Shown: positions 14,760 through 29,378, counted from the first letter of the stretch. The stretch: 64,000 bases of DNA from Paraspadella gotoi (GCA_051294375.1 CM119270.1:11528141-11592140); one strand, 5' to 3'. Made by a program: numbers and translations. The notes: generated by a model not told the origin, from the sequence alone.

Positions 14760-15491
14760 TTCCAAAGATTTCAAAGGAATGATAATTAGATAATCGCCGC
14801 GGGATCTTTGACAAGCCAATGGAAAAAACCGCCGCGGTCGTCGCCGCCTCCTCTGCCGCCGTCGCCACCATCTGCTCCATTTCTTCCACCATCATCCGTG
14901 CCACCATCTCCGTCATCATCTCTGCCATGTTATCTGCTCGACAATTTCCCTCGCCATTAAAATCAGACTCATATTGACATCAATTTAGTTTTTTGTTTTT
15001 TGTTTCCAAAGCCACCCAATTCCATGGTCCCGTCATCACCCTCACCACCATCAAATCCGTAGCCGCCGCCGCCGCTGCAGCCGCCGCAGACCCCGTCGTC
15101 TTCGTCGTCGTCGTCCGCGCGAGACGACGGAGAACAGCGACGCCGTCGGCGAGAAAGAAAACTTCTCTCTTTTCTCATCTTCTTTTCTTTATTCTCTTTT
15201 ATTTTTATTTTTTTCTATTTTTTCCCCTTTCATTTTCGGAGGGTTTTCTTTGTCGAACCCAATTTTTTCATCATCTTGCTAAAGTCAGTTGCCCTTTATT
15301 TCCCTCATTTTTCTCTCGCCTTCCTTTATAATTGTTTTGAGTCGCCCAGTTTTTTTCTTTTCCCTCATATTTTTTTCCGTTTTATTTGTTTCAGCCTTTT
15401 TTTTTTGTTAATTTCTTTTTTTTTTCTTCATTTCTTGATAAACAAAAATTAATTTTCTTTTTTTTTTTTACACTTATCATTTTTACGTTTC

Positions 15492-15602
15492 ATGAAATTG
15501 GTACGACCAAAATAACAATTATCCATTCATTTAATAAATAAGCTATCTTGCCCATGACTTTGGCCTCCATCACTCCATCACTTTTACAAGGTAATGACAT
15601 AG
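15492..15602 (-). repeat. Dispersed repeat A (shared end ...ATTGGTTGTACCAATTTCAT)
   Basis: Matches 40489-40613 (same strand) and 47773-47890 (opposite strand), including TTATCCATTCATTTAATAAATAAGCTATCTT. Confidence 0.75.
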
Positions 15603-16689
15603 CAGGTCTCTTCCAGCGTTCAATCAAGACTCTCTCACAGTCTCGTTTATTCACTCCCAGAGTATCTGGCTTCCCTATCAATGATGTGGTATAATGTTTC
15701 AAAGAATGTTTCAATTGAATGAAAAGACCACTCCCTTATTTAATTCTCGTCGCCTTTTACTTCTCTTCTTTTTAGTGAACTTCTTACATAGGATTTTTGG
15801 GAAGTCATTTGAAATCTCGGTACTGAATGTCAGAAAAACCTGGTAGAATCACGAACCAGGCCGGAAATTTCGTCATGCCTGTTAGCCAGGTCAGGCTATC
15901 AAGCGTAAGGTAGGCGATCAGTCTGATCGGGCTATCGATCTGGTCGGCCTCTGAGCCTTTGGATCTGGTTGGCCTCTCAGCCTGTCGGTCTGTCGGCCTG
16001 TCGGTCTGTCCGGCAACGTCGGCCGGCCGAAGCGACGGAATCGAAAACGAATCAGGATCCAATAAAAACAACGAAGAAGAAGGAAAAAAACGAGAAGACG
16101 AAAAGCAAGAAGGGAATTAAAGGAAGATCAAAGGGAAAAAAAAAGGGAAAAAAAGGAAGAAAGAGAGAAGAGAAGGGAAGTCGACCTTAGAATCGCGAGG
16201 TCGATAGGATGCCACTGTTTCTGCTTCCTTTCATCTTTTTTTTCCTTTTCTTTTTTCTTTTTTTCCCCTTTGTTTCTATTTCATTCTTCTTTTTTTCTAT
16301 ACCTTATCTCTTGATGTTTTTTTTTTCCTTTTATCTTTTTTATCTCCCGAAATCCTTCAGTTTTGATTTCTTTTCTTCTTTGTTTTAAACTCTTTTCTTT
16401 GTGAAAAATGCAACATGACTTGGTTTTCAGTGTAAATTTTTTTTAGAATATCTGTACCCATTTATACTTTTTCAACTTTACTTTCAGTTTCAACTTTTGA
16501 CATCCACTAAAGTGAGTTTTTTATTTCACACTTTTCACGATCGAATTTCCTTCCTCACTTTTTGCCAGGAGCCGTCTCTCCTCTCTCTCGAGACGCGCCA
16601 ACGCTCTCACCGACGCAACTTTTGATTTTGTATTCACCAAAGGATTACATCCAAAAATCATAAAAAGCTGTCCTAGGAGGTTTAACGGC

Positions 16690-16771
<82 letters not shown>

Positions 16772-16845
16772 GAAAAAACTTGTAGTCTCATCTTTTCTTG
16801 AGGGAAATCATAAACGAAAAACGTCACTCGCCGGTTTCGGTCTCT

Positions 16846-16938
<93 letters not shown>

Positions 16939-17931
16939 TCACCCACTCACTCACTCTCCCGGCTTATCCTCTATGGAGTTTAATCTGCTGAATCTTGTTT
17001 ATTTTTATATTTTTTCATAACCGAATGGAGACGCGTCCAACGAAGCTTAACTGCTCTTGGCTTCTACTTTTTTCTTTCCTCCTTAATTTTAATGCTTTCT
17101 TATTTTCTTTTCTCTTCGGTTTTTATGCTTCCTCGGTTTCTATCCTTAATTTTAATGCTATCTCCTCAACTATCTTCCCGATTTTACGTTTCCTTATTTT
17201 CCTTCTCCCTAAATTCAATCTTTTCTAATAATTACATAATCTTTCTGTTTTTATTTCGTTTTTAATTCCATTGCTTTTTTCTTTACTTTTCTCTTTAATT
17301 TTAACGCTTATAAATAAGTTCTTCTTTCGTCGGCTGAAACTGCTGAAAATCACGGCCGGGGCTTTTTTTTATACATGAAGCCCAACAAGAGGAATCAAGC
17401 GAAATAAAAAAATAATATTTTAGATTTATTATATTTCTAAAAGTTGCTTCAATTTTTTTTATAAGTATCTCCCAAGGCATGAGTGAATTTTCCTCGCCGA
17501 TGCTCTTTTGGTCGAAACAGTTTCCTCATTAACCATTTTCTTCTCCGCTAGACGCCTCGTTTCTTTCTTCATAAATTCCTGTCCCCCTTTCGTCCGCTCT
17601 CTCTCTTCTCGGCTGCGCTCAACTATGAGTTTCATTTTTATTTCTTCGTTTCCATTTTTATGTTTCTTAATCTTGTCATTTTTTTTCATAGAAAACATTA
17701 AATGCTGTCCATTTATTTCCTTTTTCTTCGGTCACGTCGTCTAGATCCATTCCTTTTTTTTTATTCTCTTGCTTCTTTCCTTCCTTACTTTCCTTTTCTT
17801 ATCGTCTTTTCTCCTTTCTATTTTTTTTTCACCTTCTTTCCAGAACGTAAAGTATTTTCCATCCGAGTTTGCGAGGGAAGATGTCGTCGTAATGGAGGGA
17901 AAGCCAGCCATCGATGACTAATTGAAAAGAG

Positions 17932-18065
<134 letters not shown>

Positions 18066-20840
18066 GGGGGGAACTCAAATTTCGTGAATCTCAAGACCCG
18101 AGGCAATAAAAACGCAAGGAGTTTTTCCTCTAAAAATCGACGAAAGCGAAAATTTTTTATAATGATTGGAAATTACGTTTTTTTTTTTAAATTTAAACTT
18201 TAAACTTTGCTTTGGAAAACGGAGGAATGATAAGAGAAACATAAAATATAATATGATACGTACGTAGTACTTAATAAATCTCAAATTTACTTTTCGATAA
18301 TAAGTAATTCTTTTCAAGAATACTTGCCCGACATAATTTTTTTCTTTGTTCTCTCGCACCAACCACTAACATGAAATGAGACTACGCACCGCGCAGAAGC
18401 GAAATTCCGATGCACTGTCGGTAGAACTCCTGTTTTAAATCACCGCTTGATTATTGACATATTTTACCAAAGCGTCGGAAAGAATTAGAGAGAATTGTAT
18501 AGAGAATCGGACGTCGTTGTCGCCGTCGACGTCTTTGTACATTATCTATTTGATATGCAAGCAACGCTAAAAGCATTTTATCTTATGCTTTAAAGAAAGT
18601 GCTTACATCTATTTGTTTTTTTTTTATTCTGTCATAATTTTAAAAAATCCTATTAATAGTTACTCTGGAACAATCATTAGTAGTATATAATAGTCCGAGC
18701 TTTCTAGTCAGTCAAAAGTTAATTATAGGACGATCTACTCTGTTTATGTAAAAGTTCGTGGGTAAGATAATTAATAGTTATAAATGATCCTTATTTAGAT
18801 ATTATTTAAAAATGTAAAAGTTTCACATTCACTAGAATTCTTAATGCCCTTTGCGATGTCGTTCTACGAACATTTCTTAAATTCTCGTAATCTTTCTTTA
18901 TCACTTTTCCCTTTTTTTTTTCGCCTCCTTTTACTTTCCTTTCGCCCTACGTCGCGCCGTCACGCCTCTAGCGGTGTCGCCGGGCATCACTCACACCGAG
19001 ACTTTCCCTTTTGTTTTCCATTGTTTTCCCGCTGTTAATATCAATGATTAATGCGGAGGCGTTATCATTTCTGCGGCGATATTCAGTGGAATGTTATTCA
19101 GGCGCAAAATGTTTTCAGTCGTCGCTCGTGTCTGAGTTATTTATCATCTGTGCGTGCGCATCGTTGTCGTCGTTGTCGTCGCTGTCGTCTTCGCCGTCGG
19201 TGAGGGGTCGTGCTTTTCCTTGTCTTCCCAGTCGAAGTAGTCGTTACGCGAATGACATACATCGACGATAATGGAGAATTAATAGTCATCGTTTTTAATT
19301 ATTCGTTATTAAAAAGGACTTTTAAATAATTAAATGTTCATAATTATTGTAAAAAACCCGAGACCTTCCCTTCTATCGCACACATGTAGGTATTATTGAG
19401 AAAAAAGCAAATTACATAAATTTATAAATATATATATATGTATGCTATTGTATCATTCTTGATATGAAATAAAATTTTCATATAAAAGATTTGTTTAAAA
19501 AATCTTCAATGGCTTTAGCCAAATAATTAATCCTATCCCAATATTCCATTTTTATACTTTTTATAATTTTTGTACTGGCAGTTTATCTTTAAAATTTATT
19601 TAACATTTTCGTTAATATTTTTTTTATTGAAAAGTTTTTAAAACTGGAAAGAGTTTCGAATTTTTCCACAAGTTCTTTAGCCTCGCGCAAGATGCTTCTA
19701 TGAAGCCAATTAGGAAGCCGCCGGTCGTTCCAAGACCAGTTCTTTAAAACTGAAAACGAAAGGCCTAAGCTTTTGGTTACTACATCCCGCAAAAGATATT
19801 TTGAACTTTTGGAAATTATCGAAAAATATTTTTATGATAGTATGATTACATACATGCTATGTATTTAATTCAATCTGTTTAAATCGACTGATTACCTCTC
19901 GGCGACTTTTCCCATTTCTTAGTTACGCCGTCCCGACAATCGTTTCTCGGTTAATCGATGCCACTCCCTGCCATTTCCTGCCACTTACTTCCGCTGCCAG
20001 CTCCTCTCAGACACTCCCTGCCTCACGATGCCACTCTCTGAGATTGATGAAATCACTATCCTCTTTTTGCGAGAAACGCGACCAACGTCGAAGAGCGTCG
20101 ATGCAGCAACAGACCGTAAAGATGGCGCTGAAAGCGGCGACGACGATGACTGCGACGACGAAATAAATAGATAATAAAAAGAGAAACGACAAGGACGACG
20201 AATTGATTAAAAGTAGACATGTTATAAATATGCTGATAATAATAATCTCAGAAAAATAAATATATTGACGATCCCAATAACAGAATGATTAAATATTAAT
20301 TACAAACGTGACGACGAGTGTTTAATAGAAAAGACGATGATGACGACGACGACGAAAATAGCACGTCATTAGAAGCAAAAGAGATGAGAGAATCATCGAC
20401 GAGACTGACGCAAGATGGCAAAATGGCAAAATGGCGAAATGGAAAAATAGCTTCTTCGTCTAATATCAATTCCGATTACATCTTTCGTCGATCTTTGGTC
20501 CAAATCGCACAAGCAATTATGCAGACGAAAGCTTATTTTCTGATGGAATGGAATAATAAAAATTATCAAATTTAAGTGCAAGATCGCTTGTTTATTTAGG
20601 ACGTACTAATTAAACTATTTAAAAAAGAAAAAAATAATAACGAAGAAGAAATAAATGACACTAAAAAGAACATTGTAGTTTAAAGTTTAAAACAAATAAA
20701 AAGAAAAAGGGGGACTAAAGCTTAACTGGCGACGCAATGGGGATAAACAAACCTAAACAACAGGGAGAAACAGTGAGAACAACAATGACGACATTCGACG
20801 AAACCGACCGAAAAAAGCGCGCAAAAACCGGGACGAACGC

Positions 20841-20917
<77 letters not shown>

Positions 20918-21108
20918 GATGACCCGGATGACATTTCGCGGGTCCGACTCAGACTCTCTGGGACACAAAATCGTCTACGCGGAACTTCGCATCTGTTATC
21001 GATTCGTTCTAGTTTCTCGCTTGAGACTCACCCCGCCTCACTCTCGGACGCGAATTACCCCATCCCATTTCGATCTCATCAACAAGCGAATCCATTTGGC
21101 ATCCAATG

Positions 21109-21167
21109 GCATTGCTTCGCATTTTGCTTCGCATTTTGCTTCGCATTTTGCTTCGCATTTTGCTTCG
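21109..21167 (+). repeat. 12-bp tandem repeat (GCATTTTGCTTC) x4-5
   Basis: Read directly from sequence. Confidence 0.85.
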
Positions 21168-21900
21168 AATTTCGCCTTTTCGTTTTGCTCTTCAAATTTT
21201 TTTTTTAATGACGACGTCTAAATATAGATTTTAACAAAATCCAACGCTTCATTTAAATTGATTTACCACCACATTTTAGACTCATTCAACAATAAAAGGG
21301 AGCCTTTTTCCTTCAAAAATTACCACTTACACATACCCCATCTTCCCTTTGATGTGGGTTATTGTCTCAGACAAAACCATTTTAATTCCTTTTTTTTTCA
21401 CCAAGACATTTCTCTTTATTCAAGACTTCATAGGCATTTCACTCTTTGCAGTATGTGGTTGTAAATAGTAGTACAAAATGCACTACTTCGGAATGCACTA
21501 ATTTCTCAATCTCTTGCTTAGTTCTCTTGTCGCCCTGGCGGAAAGGCCATTACCTGATTTCATTTTCACCAATTGTTCCGGTTCTGCGCTACTATGTTTT
21601 CAAAAGCATTTTAAGTTTTAATTTCACACTTTCACACGCCTTACCCGCCATCCTTTCGCACGCAGACGTGCACGTCAACTCACCAGAGACTTTCCCACGG
21701 AAGGAGTCCCTTCCTCAAGTTCGCCGAGGGATTCGTCTCCCCGTCCTTCGTCTCGGCTTCGCTTGTCTCTTTTGACCTCCGACTTTTGACCCGACCCCGA
21801 CTGACCCCCGACCTCTATGCTCCCACGACGCGTGACCTTGAGTCGGTCGACCTCGATCGAGTGACCGCACGTTCGAAATTATCATCGAGAAGCTTTTCAA

Positions 21901-21931
<31 letters not shown>

Positions 21932-21950
21932 CTCTCTCTCTCTCTCTTCT

Positions 21951-22071
<121 letters not shown>

Positions 22072-22253
22072 TGTCTCTTTTTACTCGCTCAGGAAACGTG
22101 AGACGGAGTGAATTCGAGCTTACAGAATATTCGCTAATACTGTGCCAATATTGGCCTTACTTTCCAATTTTGCGGGTCACGATAAGAGTTGAGATCCTAC
22201 TTGCGCCCGGATCATAATCTTGTCTGTCTTCTCTCTCTCTCTCTCTCTCCTCC

Positions 22254-22292
<39 letters not shown>

Positions 22293-23270
22293 CAAGGGTC
22301 ATCAAAATCCTAATAAGGGGCGTGATTCGTTCGATGCCTCCACTCACTCACAAAATACAGCATAGAATCTGTGTCTCAAATCAGACTCACTTGCCTCAAA
22401 CTTTGTCGATCACTAAATTCATTAATTGCCTAACATTCCATATCTTTCTTTTTGGTATTCGTCATCGTCGTCATTGTCGTTGTCGTCGTCGTCGCCAGAA
22501 TATAATCTTCTGGTCCGACCCCTGACCTTCATTTTGGGATGTTGACGTTTTGGTGATTCTTTTCTAGGCGTCGCCGACCTCTGCCGCCGTCGCCGGAAGC
22601 GAGTGGCGCCAACATCGAATCTATTTTCGTCGTCGTCTTCGTCGTCGTCGTCGTTTTCTTCTTTTCTATTTTTTTCTCATTTTCCGTGATATCGTTTAGT
22701 CAGGCGTCAGTTTGATCAGGTCATTGTTATCTTCATAGTTCTTCTTGTCTGTTTTCATGACTGATGTTGTTATTACCAAAATTATACAAACTTAGACCAC
22801 GTCTTGCTAAAAATAAAAGAATGAAAAATCCCCTTGCACACTAAAAATAACCATAACCATAACCACCCCAGCCCTCATCCTTATCCTAATTTTTCAATTC
22901 CATTTACTCATTAATAACCATTATCCTTTCTTTTGCCTTACCACGTTTACTGAAATCTTAACAAAGTAATTCAAGCATCTCTGAACTTAACAAAAAACAG
23001 AAAATCATCGAACGACTTTATCCCAATAAATTGAAAGCTTCATCATTACATTGTAAAAGGAATAGTGGAGGCCAGAGCTCATCATGTGCCTTCAAAAGTC
23101 AGAAGGCAAGATTGGTTATCGGATGAATTGGATAATTTTAACCATCAATACACGTCCATTATTACAGCGTATTGTTTTTAATACTATGATTTAGTTTTTC
23201 TATCGTGCCTTCGAGGATTAGGCGATTTTCTCTCGATCTTACCGAAGCCGAGAAGAAGATTGAGCCGGCG

Positions 23271-23341
23271 GACGCCCGACGCCCGACGCCCGACGCCCGA
23301 AGACCGACGCCCGACGCCCGAAGACCGAAGACCGACGACCG
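23271..23341 (+). repeat. 7-bp tandem repeat (GACGCCC/GAAGACC)
   Basis: Read directly from sequence. Confidence 0.8.
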
Positions 23342-23763
23342 AGAGCCGTTGCCCGACGGCCGACTGGGCTGCGTCTCGGCGTCACAGGGTCGGCTATTCT
23401 ACCTCATCAAATATTCCGCGGGAGTTTCGACCGGAAAAAAATTATCTCATCCAATGAGATCGTCGTCATAATTGACAAGTTTTTTTTTTTTTTTCTGTTA
23501 ATCTCATTTCGCTTTAAATATCTTTTATCTTTCACTTCCTGTTGATAATTAATGGTCTCAGATAATTTTTTTCCCCTTTTTTCTGTTGCTTTGTTCTTTC
23601 TTCCGCTTCCCCCATCGAGTATATTAAACTGTTTTAAATCGTTTTCTTACTAATTATTAACAAACAACAACGTCTCTTTTATATCCTGGGGAGTTTGTTT
23701 TATGTCTTTTCCGCATGTTTGCCCTCTTCGGTCGATGGTTCCTCCCGAGTTTATTTTTCACGC

Positions 23764-23801
<38 letters not shown>

Positions 23802-25565
23802 TTCGTCGTCGTCGTCGTCGTCGTCTTCGTCATCGGTGCCTTTGTCGTTTCCGTCTTCATCATCGGCATCTCCTTTGCTGTAATCTTTTTTGGCTCCATT
23901 TATGGACGTTGGCAAAATCTTAGTTAAGTTGTCTTGAATTTTTTTGATCTTTCTCTTTTTTTAATAATATTTATTGATGATTCATTGCGATTGTTGTCAT
24001 CTTTTGCTTTGGACGTCAACGTATTTGCCATATTCGTCACTGCCATCTAAAACATCTCCATCGTCATTTTCGTCGTCGTCGTCGCCTTTGTCATCCTTTT
24101 CGTTATCTTCGACTTCATCTTCGTCTTCATCTTGTCATCATCTTCTCTCGTCTTCATCGTTGTCATCTTCATCCTGTTTATCGTTGTCATCTTCGTCTTC
24201 ATCGTTGTCATCGTCTTTATATTCGTCGTCGTCTTCATTCGAGCCATCGGCGTTAAAATTGCCATCGTTTTCAGACTTTTTCTTCTTTTTTCTTCTTTTC
24301 CAAATTTTCTGCGCATTTTTTATGAGGATGTCTATCGTCGTATTTCTGTTCGACTGACTTATCCTCTCGCATTTTTTTTTCTTTCTCCGTCATCCGACTT
24401 ATTTTTTCTCGGTCTGTATCTCTTCGGTCGGCTTCGTCGTTTTTGATGTTGTTGTTGTTGTTGTTATTTTAAAAATGTTATCGTCTTGGTGTTTGTTTTT
24501 GCCAAGTCTTTGAAGCTTAAGCCTCTTAAAAACGTAGGCTTCTGGATATAAATGTGAAAAATCATCATCTGCTCTCTTAAATCTATTAAAAAAACAAACT
24601 TGGGAATGGACCACAAAATTCCCTCCACAAAACCGCAACGACCACAGCGCCACCTTCCCCACAAAATACTCCATAGACGAAACTTCCATTCCAGGCAGAT
24701 GGCGCGCAATTAACCGCGAAACCATTTTGGCCTCGAAACATTCGAGTCTCATCGACCCAGAACCCAGAAAGAAGCGGAGCGCGACGAGGGCGACCTCACC
24801 CCCGTCGGCCGCGAGGGACCGTCGTCGTCGGCTTTATCGTCGTCGTCGTCGTCGTCGTCGTCCACGCTTTCCCCGTCATTACTCCAAGAGAGTCTCGGTA
24901 TCAATTTTTCATGGCGACCATCTTTTTTCGCGAAGAAAGGGGGAGGGGGGGAAGCTGTATCAAGGATGCTTCTCAATTCCCTCTCGCCCCCCTCCTTTCC
25001 TCCTTTCCCCCTTTTCTCCTTTCCTCCTTTCCTCCTTTCCTCCTTTCAAGGTCTCTTGTCCGGTCATTTACCCTTTTTCGTGATCATCGCGCTTGTTTTT
25101 GATCTTGAGGGGTGGCCCCGTGGCCGTTCCCAAACTGCAACTTTTGCAGAGGCGAGTAGCCCTCTTCCTTTACGCGATTGTCCCTCTTCTTTTGTGACTT
25201 TTCTCTGGGGGAAAGAGTTCTTTCTCTCCTAGTTTCTCAATTCACACTTTCTCATATGTTGCCCATGCCGCTTGTAACCTCTCCCCTATATTTCACTACT
25301 ATCCCTACTTGTATGATTGCCTTTACCTATTGCCTATTTTTTTAATATTTTACTATTTTCTCATCACTTTTACTTTTTCTCTAAAGCCCTTCACTTTTTT
25401 TCCTTTTCCTCCTCATCCTTCTTTATCTTCCTTTCTTCTCGAGTGCCTTCTTTGTCTTCCTGCTTTACGCCTCCTCTTCATTCTTCTCATTCTCTTCTCT
25501 CAGATTTATTTAAGTCGTGTCAAGTCCCAATTGGTAAATTAATAATTAAAATCCGGATATGGATC

Positions 25566-25627
25566 TAAGTTGGCTGAAGACTACTATCCGTAACTTGTTT
25601 GGAACCAGGCTTGTGAGTTTTCAGGCC
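25566..25627 (+). repeat. Dispersed repeat B
   Basis: TAAGTTGGCTGAAGACTACTATCCGTAACTT...TTGGAACCAGGCTTG...TTTTCAGGCC is the reverse complement of 39731-39829 with an internal deletion. Confidence 0.7.
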
Positions 25628-26581
25628 AGCAAGGCTGTTTACGGCCGACCTCGCGCTTTCTGCAGGGTAGGTAGTTAACTCGCGAGAAAACGAAAGGCGC
25701 AAAAGGAAACCAAGTGCACTTTAATAGTGAGAAGTAATATAACGTTTGGTATATTAATTATCAACAATTTAAATTTACCGATTGTAAAAGCTTACTTTTA
25801 TTATTTATCATTCTCGAATTCGTATGTGAGCTCCTCTTTTATTCACATCCTCGCTGCGACGCTGCACTTTTCTGTTCTTTTGTGTTTACACTTCAATTTC
25901 TCTGTTCGCATGTGTCCCCCGCTCACTCCTCTGTTTTCTCGCGGTTGTACACTTTGATTGGATTTTGATGGCGGGAAAGTCAACCTTTAGCTCCGCCGAT
26001 CCAAGTTTGATGAGGTAAACAGAGATAAGGCAGGAGAAGACGGGGCGCAGCAAGGTAAGGCATGGCGATGAGAAGCCGAGTAAAGTCAAGCATGGGCAAA
26101 AAGTTTGGGAGAGCATGTCGAAATATGAACAAACTAAGAGGAATTACTCTTGCTAAAATACGTAATTTTACCGTGTTTTTGGTAGTCATATTGAGGCAGA
26201 TTTAAAAAATAATAATAATATTAAAATAATTATGAAAATAATAATACGTAATATAATAATAACATATAAATAAGATTGAATATATAACATTGGTCATGAA
26301 ATTAAAGTTATATAATAAACAAAGTATGGTACTAAGTAAGAAACCTTTTTGAAAGACTTCGGTATGCACAGAGTAACTGTTTTCGCGCACAATTTATACT
26401 AAATCACCAATTCCGATATTTTTTAGACTGACGTCAGCAGATTAAAATGCTTCTCTGTTTCGCGTCGAATGAATGGCCAGTGGGTAAGTTTCACTCACTT
26501 TTCTCGCGCTATCGAACAATTTATGTTTCACTAATACTCGTACGAACGCATTAGGCTAACGACTGCGTTATGATTTGGAAC

Positions 26582-26664
<83 letters not shown>

Positions 26665-27593
26665 CAAATTACAAAGTAAAGAAAAAAAAAGCTAGAGAAA
26701 GAAAGAAATGGCGGGAAAGAAAAAAAAAGGAAAAAAAGAAAGAAGGTCGATTTGAAAAACCTCCTTAATTGAAGGGATGCGCAGTCAAGGATGAAGAAAA
26801 ACCTCAACCTCATTTAATCTTTTGTCCGAGTTTGTTTAACGCCGGTTTTTCAGTCGTTATGAGGCCGCGGGCGTCAGGACGCCGCGCGCCGGGCGTACAT
26901 CCGGGCGCCGGGGAGGGCGACGTAGAGTTTACATACGGGCGGCATGAAAACGGCGCCGTCTTATATCCAGGGCGCCGTGAGGATGAGTTACAGCCGGGAT
27001 AAAAAATAATATGTTGGGTAGAGAGACGTCTGGGTGTCGGGAGCTAGACGCCTAGAAATCAAAAAAGGTGTTAATTTGTGATGCTGATACCAAAACTGTT
27101 TCTAGCTCAAAATGGGTATCGTCGTTTGGTTGAAGAATAAACTGATAATCATTATGAGTTTATGACAAAGACTAAAGGCATTAGACTTCAACTTGTAAAT
27201 TATCATGTAAATGATTATGAACATCAGCATTTACATCATCATGTAGATCAAGCATCAACCAAGCCTATCTTGGATGTTATAGCGATTAAAGGAAAGTCAA
27301 AGAGCATTTTTTACCTTTCGATGCCAAAAAAATCAAAGCAATCTGCAAAAAAGACAAAAAAGGGAAAAAGGGAGGAAGGGAAAAAGTGAAAAAGGGAAAA
27401 GGATAAAACATTGACAACGACGACGAAAAGGATGACAAAGCGACAAATTCAACGGGCGACGCAACAAACACGAATTTAGTTGTCCTCTACGAACAGCCAA
27501 GCCTGGTGCCCGGGCCAAGTTACAAGCCATCAAATCGGCGCCGAGTCTTTCTAGTTACATACAGGGCACCACAAAGGCGGCTCGAGTTACTTA

Positions 27594-27670
27594 CGGATCT
27601 TCGATGTCGGGTCACAATCGGATCTTCGATGTCGGGTCACAATCGGATCTTCGATGTCGGGTCACAATCG
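27594..27670 (+). repeat. 25-bp tandem repeat x3
   Basis: CGGATCTTCGATGTCGGGTCACAAT, three perfect copies. Confidence 0.9.
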
Positions 27671-27721
27671 ACGGAGACGTCATCATCATTATCGAGCGTC
27701 CGGGTCGGGCGAATGAAGGAG

Positions 27722-27760
<39 letters not shown>

Positions 27761-28280
27761 AGAAAGAAAGAAAGAAAAGAAAGAAAGAAAAGAAAGAAAG
27801 AAAGAAAAAGAAAAAACAAAAAAGAAAAAAGAAAAAAAGAGAAAGAAAGAAAGGAAGAAGAGAAAGAAAGAAAAGAAAGAAAGAAAGAAAGAAAGAAAGA
27901 AACAAACAAAGGAAGAAACAAGAAATAAAAAAGATAGAAGAGAAGGCAAGCCAGAAAACCAGCTGGTCCATTTCTCCTCGAATCGTTGTCGTATCGTTGT
28001 CTTCATCATTGCGATTGTCTTCATTTTAATTTTTCACCGATTTCACCGATTTAAACAATAAACTTGATTCTTAAAATTATCTGTATTTTTCGTTTACGTT
28101 GACGTCTTCCTTATTGTCTTCATCGTTGTCGTCGTCGTGGTCGTCGTCGTCGTCGTCCTCATCGTTGGCAGCTCCTTCTGCATTTACTCGGTTAAAGAAA
28201 GAAACCCAAAACATTAAACCAAGGTTCCTCTTCTCTTCATGTAAACTTGAGAAAATGCACGAGGGAGAAAAAAAAATTGT

Positions 28281-28341
28281 AGTCACGTGTACCGAAAAGT
28301 CGCGAGATCGCCTGGACACGTGATACTAAAGTCACGTGACC
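28281..28341. promoter_or_regulatory. E-box cluster (3 x CACGTG, including GTCACGTGAC)
   Basis: CACGTG at 28284, 28317 and 28333 within 60 bp, with TCGCGAGA at 28300. Function is inferred only. Confidence 0.35.
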
Positions 28342-28890
28342 CTAAATCCCCGCTTTTCGCTTCAAATCGTTTAAAAAGAAAAAGAAAAATAAAAAGAGAG
28401 AAAAAAAAATCGGCCGTCACGAAGCCATTTCTCCCCTTCGATGCCAACGTTCCCAAGGTTGACTAAGCCCCACCTTTCCGTCCGCCAACCCCACCTCCCC
28501 AAGTATCCTACCCATTAACGGATTTACCCTACCCCCCCCCCAACATTCCCCCCTTCGGTCGGCGACCTCCGATTCCCGTCCGAAGAAACCATTACTTCCC
28601 GTTCCCGTAACCATTACTCCCCGTCCGTCAGCGGCTCTCCTTCCCTCCCCCTTCCTCTCCCCCCCTTTTTGCACCGACTGTCGGCGGAGGGTTTATGAGT
28701 TTTTCTTAGAAGCCCAGACATCCCGGGCAGGGGCGGGCGGCGGGCGGGCGTCAAGAAGGGAGAGTTAGGATTAGAATAGGGGTACCGGTTTAAAATGAGG
28801 TATAGGAAATAAAACGAAACAAAAGGTTATTGGGGAGAAAAAGAGAGGGAGTAGTGGAAGGTTAGTTAGTACTGGGTTGCGTTGCCAGTC

Positions 28891-28940
<50 letters not shown>

Positions 28941-28958
28941 AGAGAGAGGAGAGAGAGA

Positions 28959-28991
<33 letters not shown>

Positions 28992-29279
28992 TTTGGGTCA
29001 TATCGAGTGACTTCCGGATTTCTGAACACCGAGGTAATTTGAGGAGATTTGCCTGAGAGGGTGGTACGAATAAAAAGAGAGAGGGAGGAGGAAAGAAGGA
29101 GAGAAACGGAAAAGCTGAGTCGGGAATACTTTACGGTTCGGACATATTTTTCGTGAATAAAATCCTGGAAGAAGATAAAAATTTAGAAGGAATTACTTAG
29201 CTTTTCTCGGAAGCAAGAAAGTCGTAGGAATGAAAGAGGTTCGACAGAATTAAGAGTCGGGCTGGAAGAATTGAGGACG

Positions 29280-29378
29280 TGATAGCGATGTTGTATTTTT
29301 CACCATTCCATTCCATTTCCCCCTTTACTTGATAGCGACATGGTATTTTTCACCATTCAACCCAATTTCCCCCTTTAC
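29280..29378 (+). repeat. ~50-bp direct duplication
   Basis: TGATAGCGA...GTATTTTTCACCATTC...ATTTCCCCCTTTAC occurs twice in tandem. Confidence 0.75.

Noticed and set aside
15603-15714. GIY-YIG endonuclease C-terminus-like peptide (PDTLGVNKRD)
   Set aside because: The resemblance is too short, with no upstream GIY or YIG motifs.
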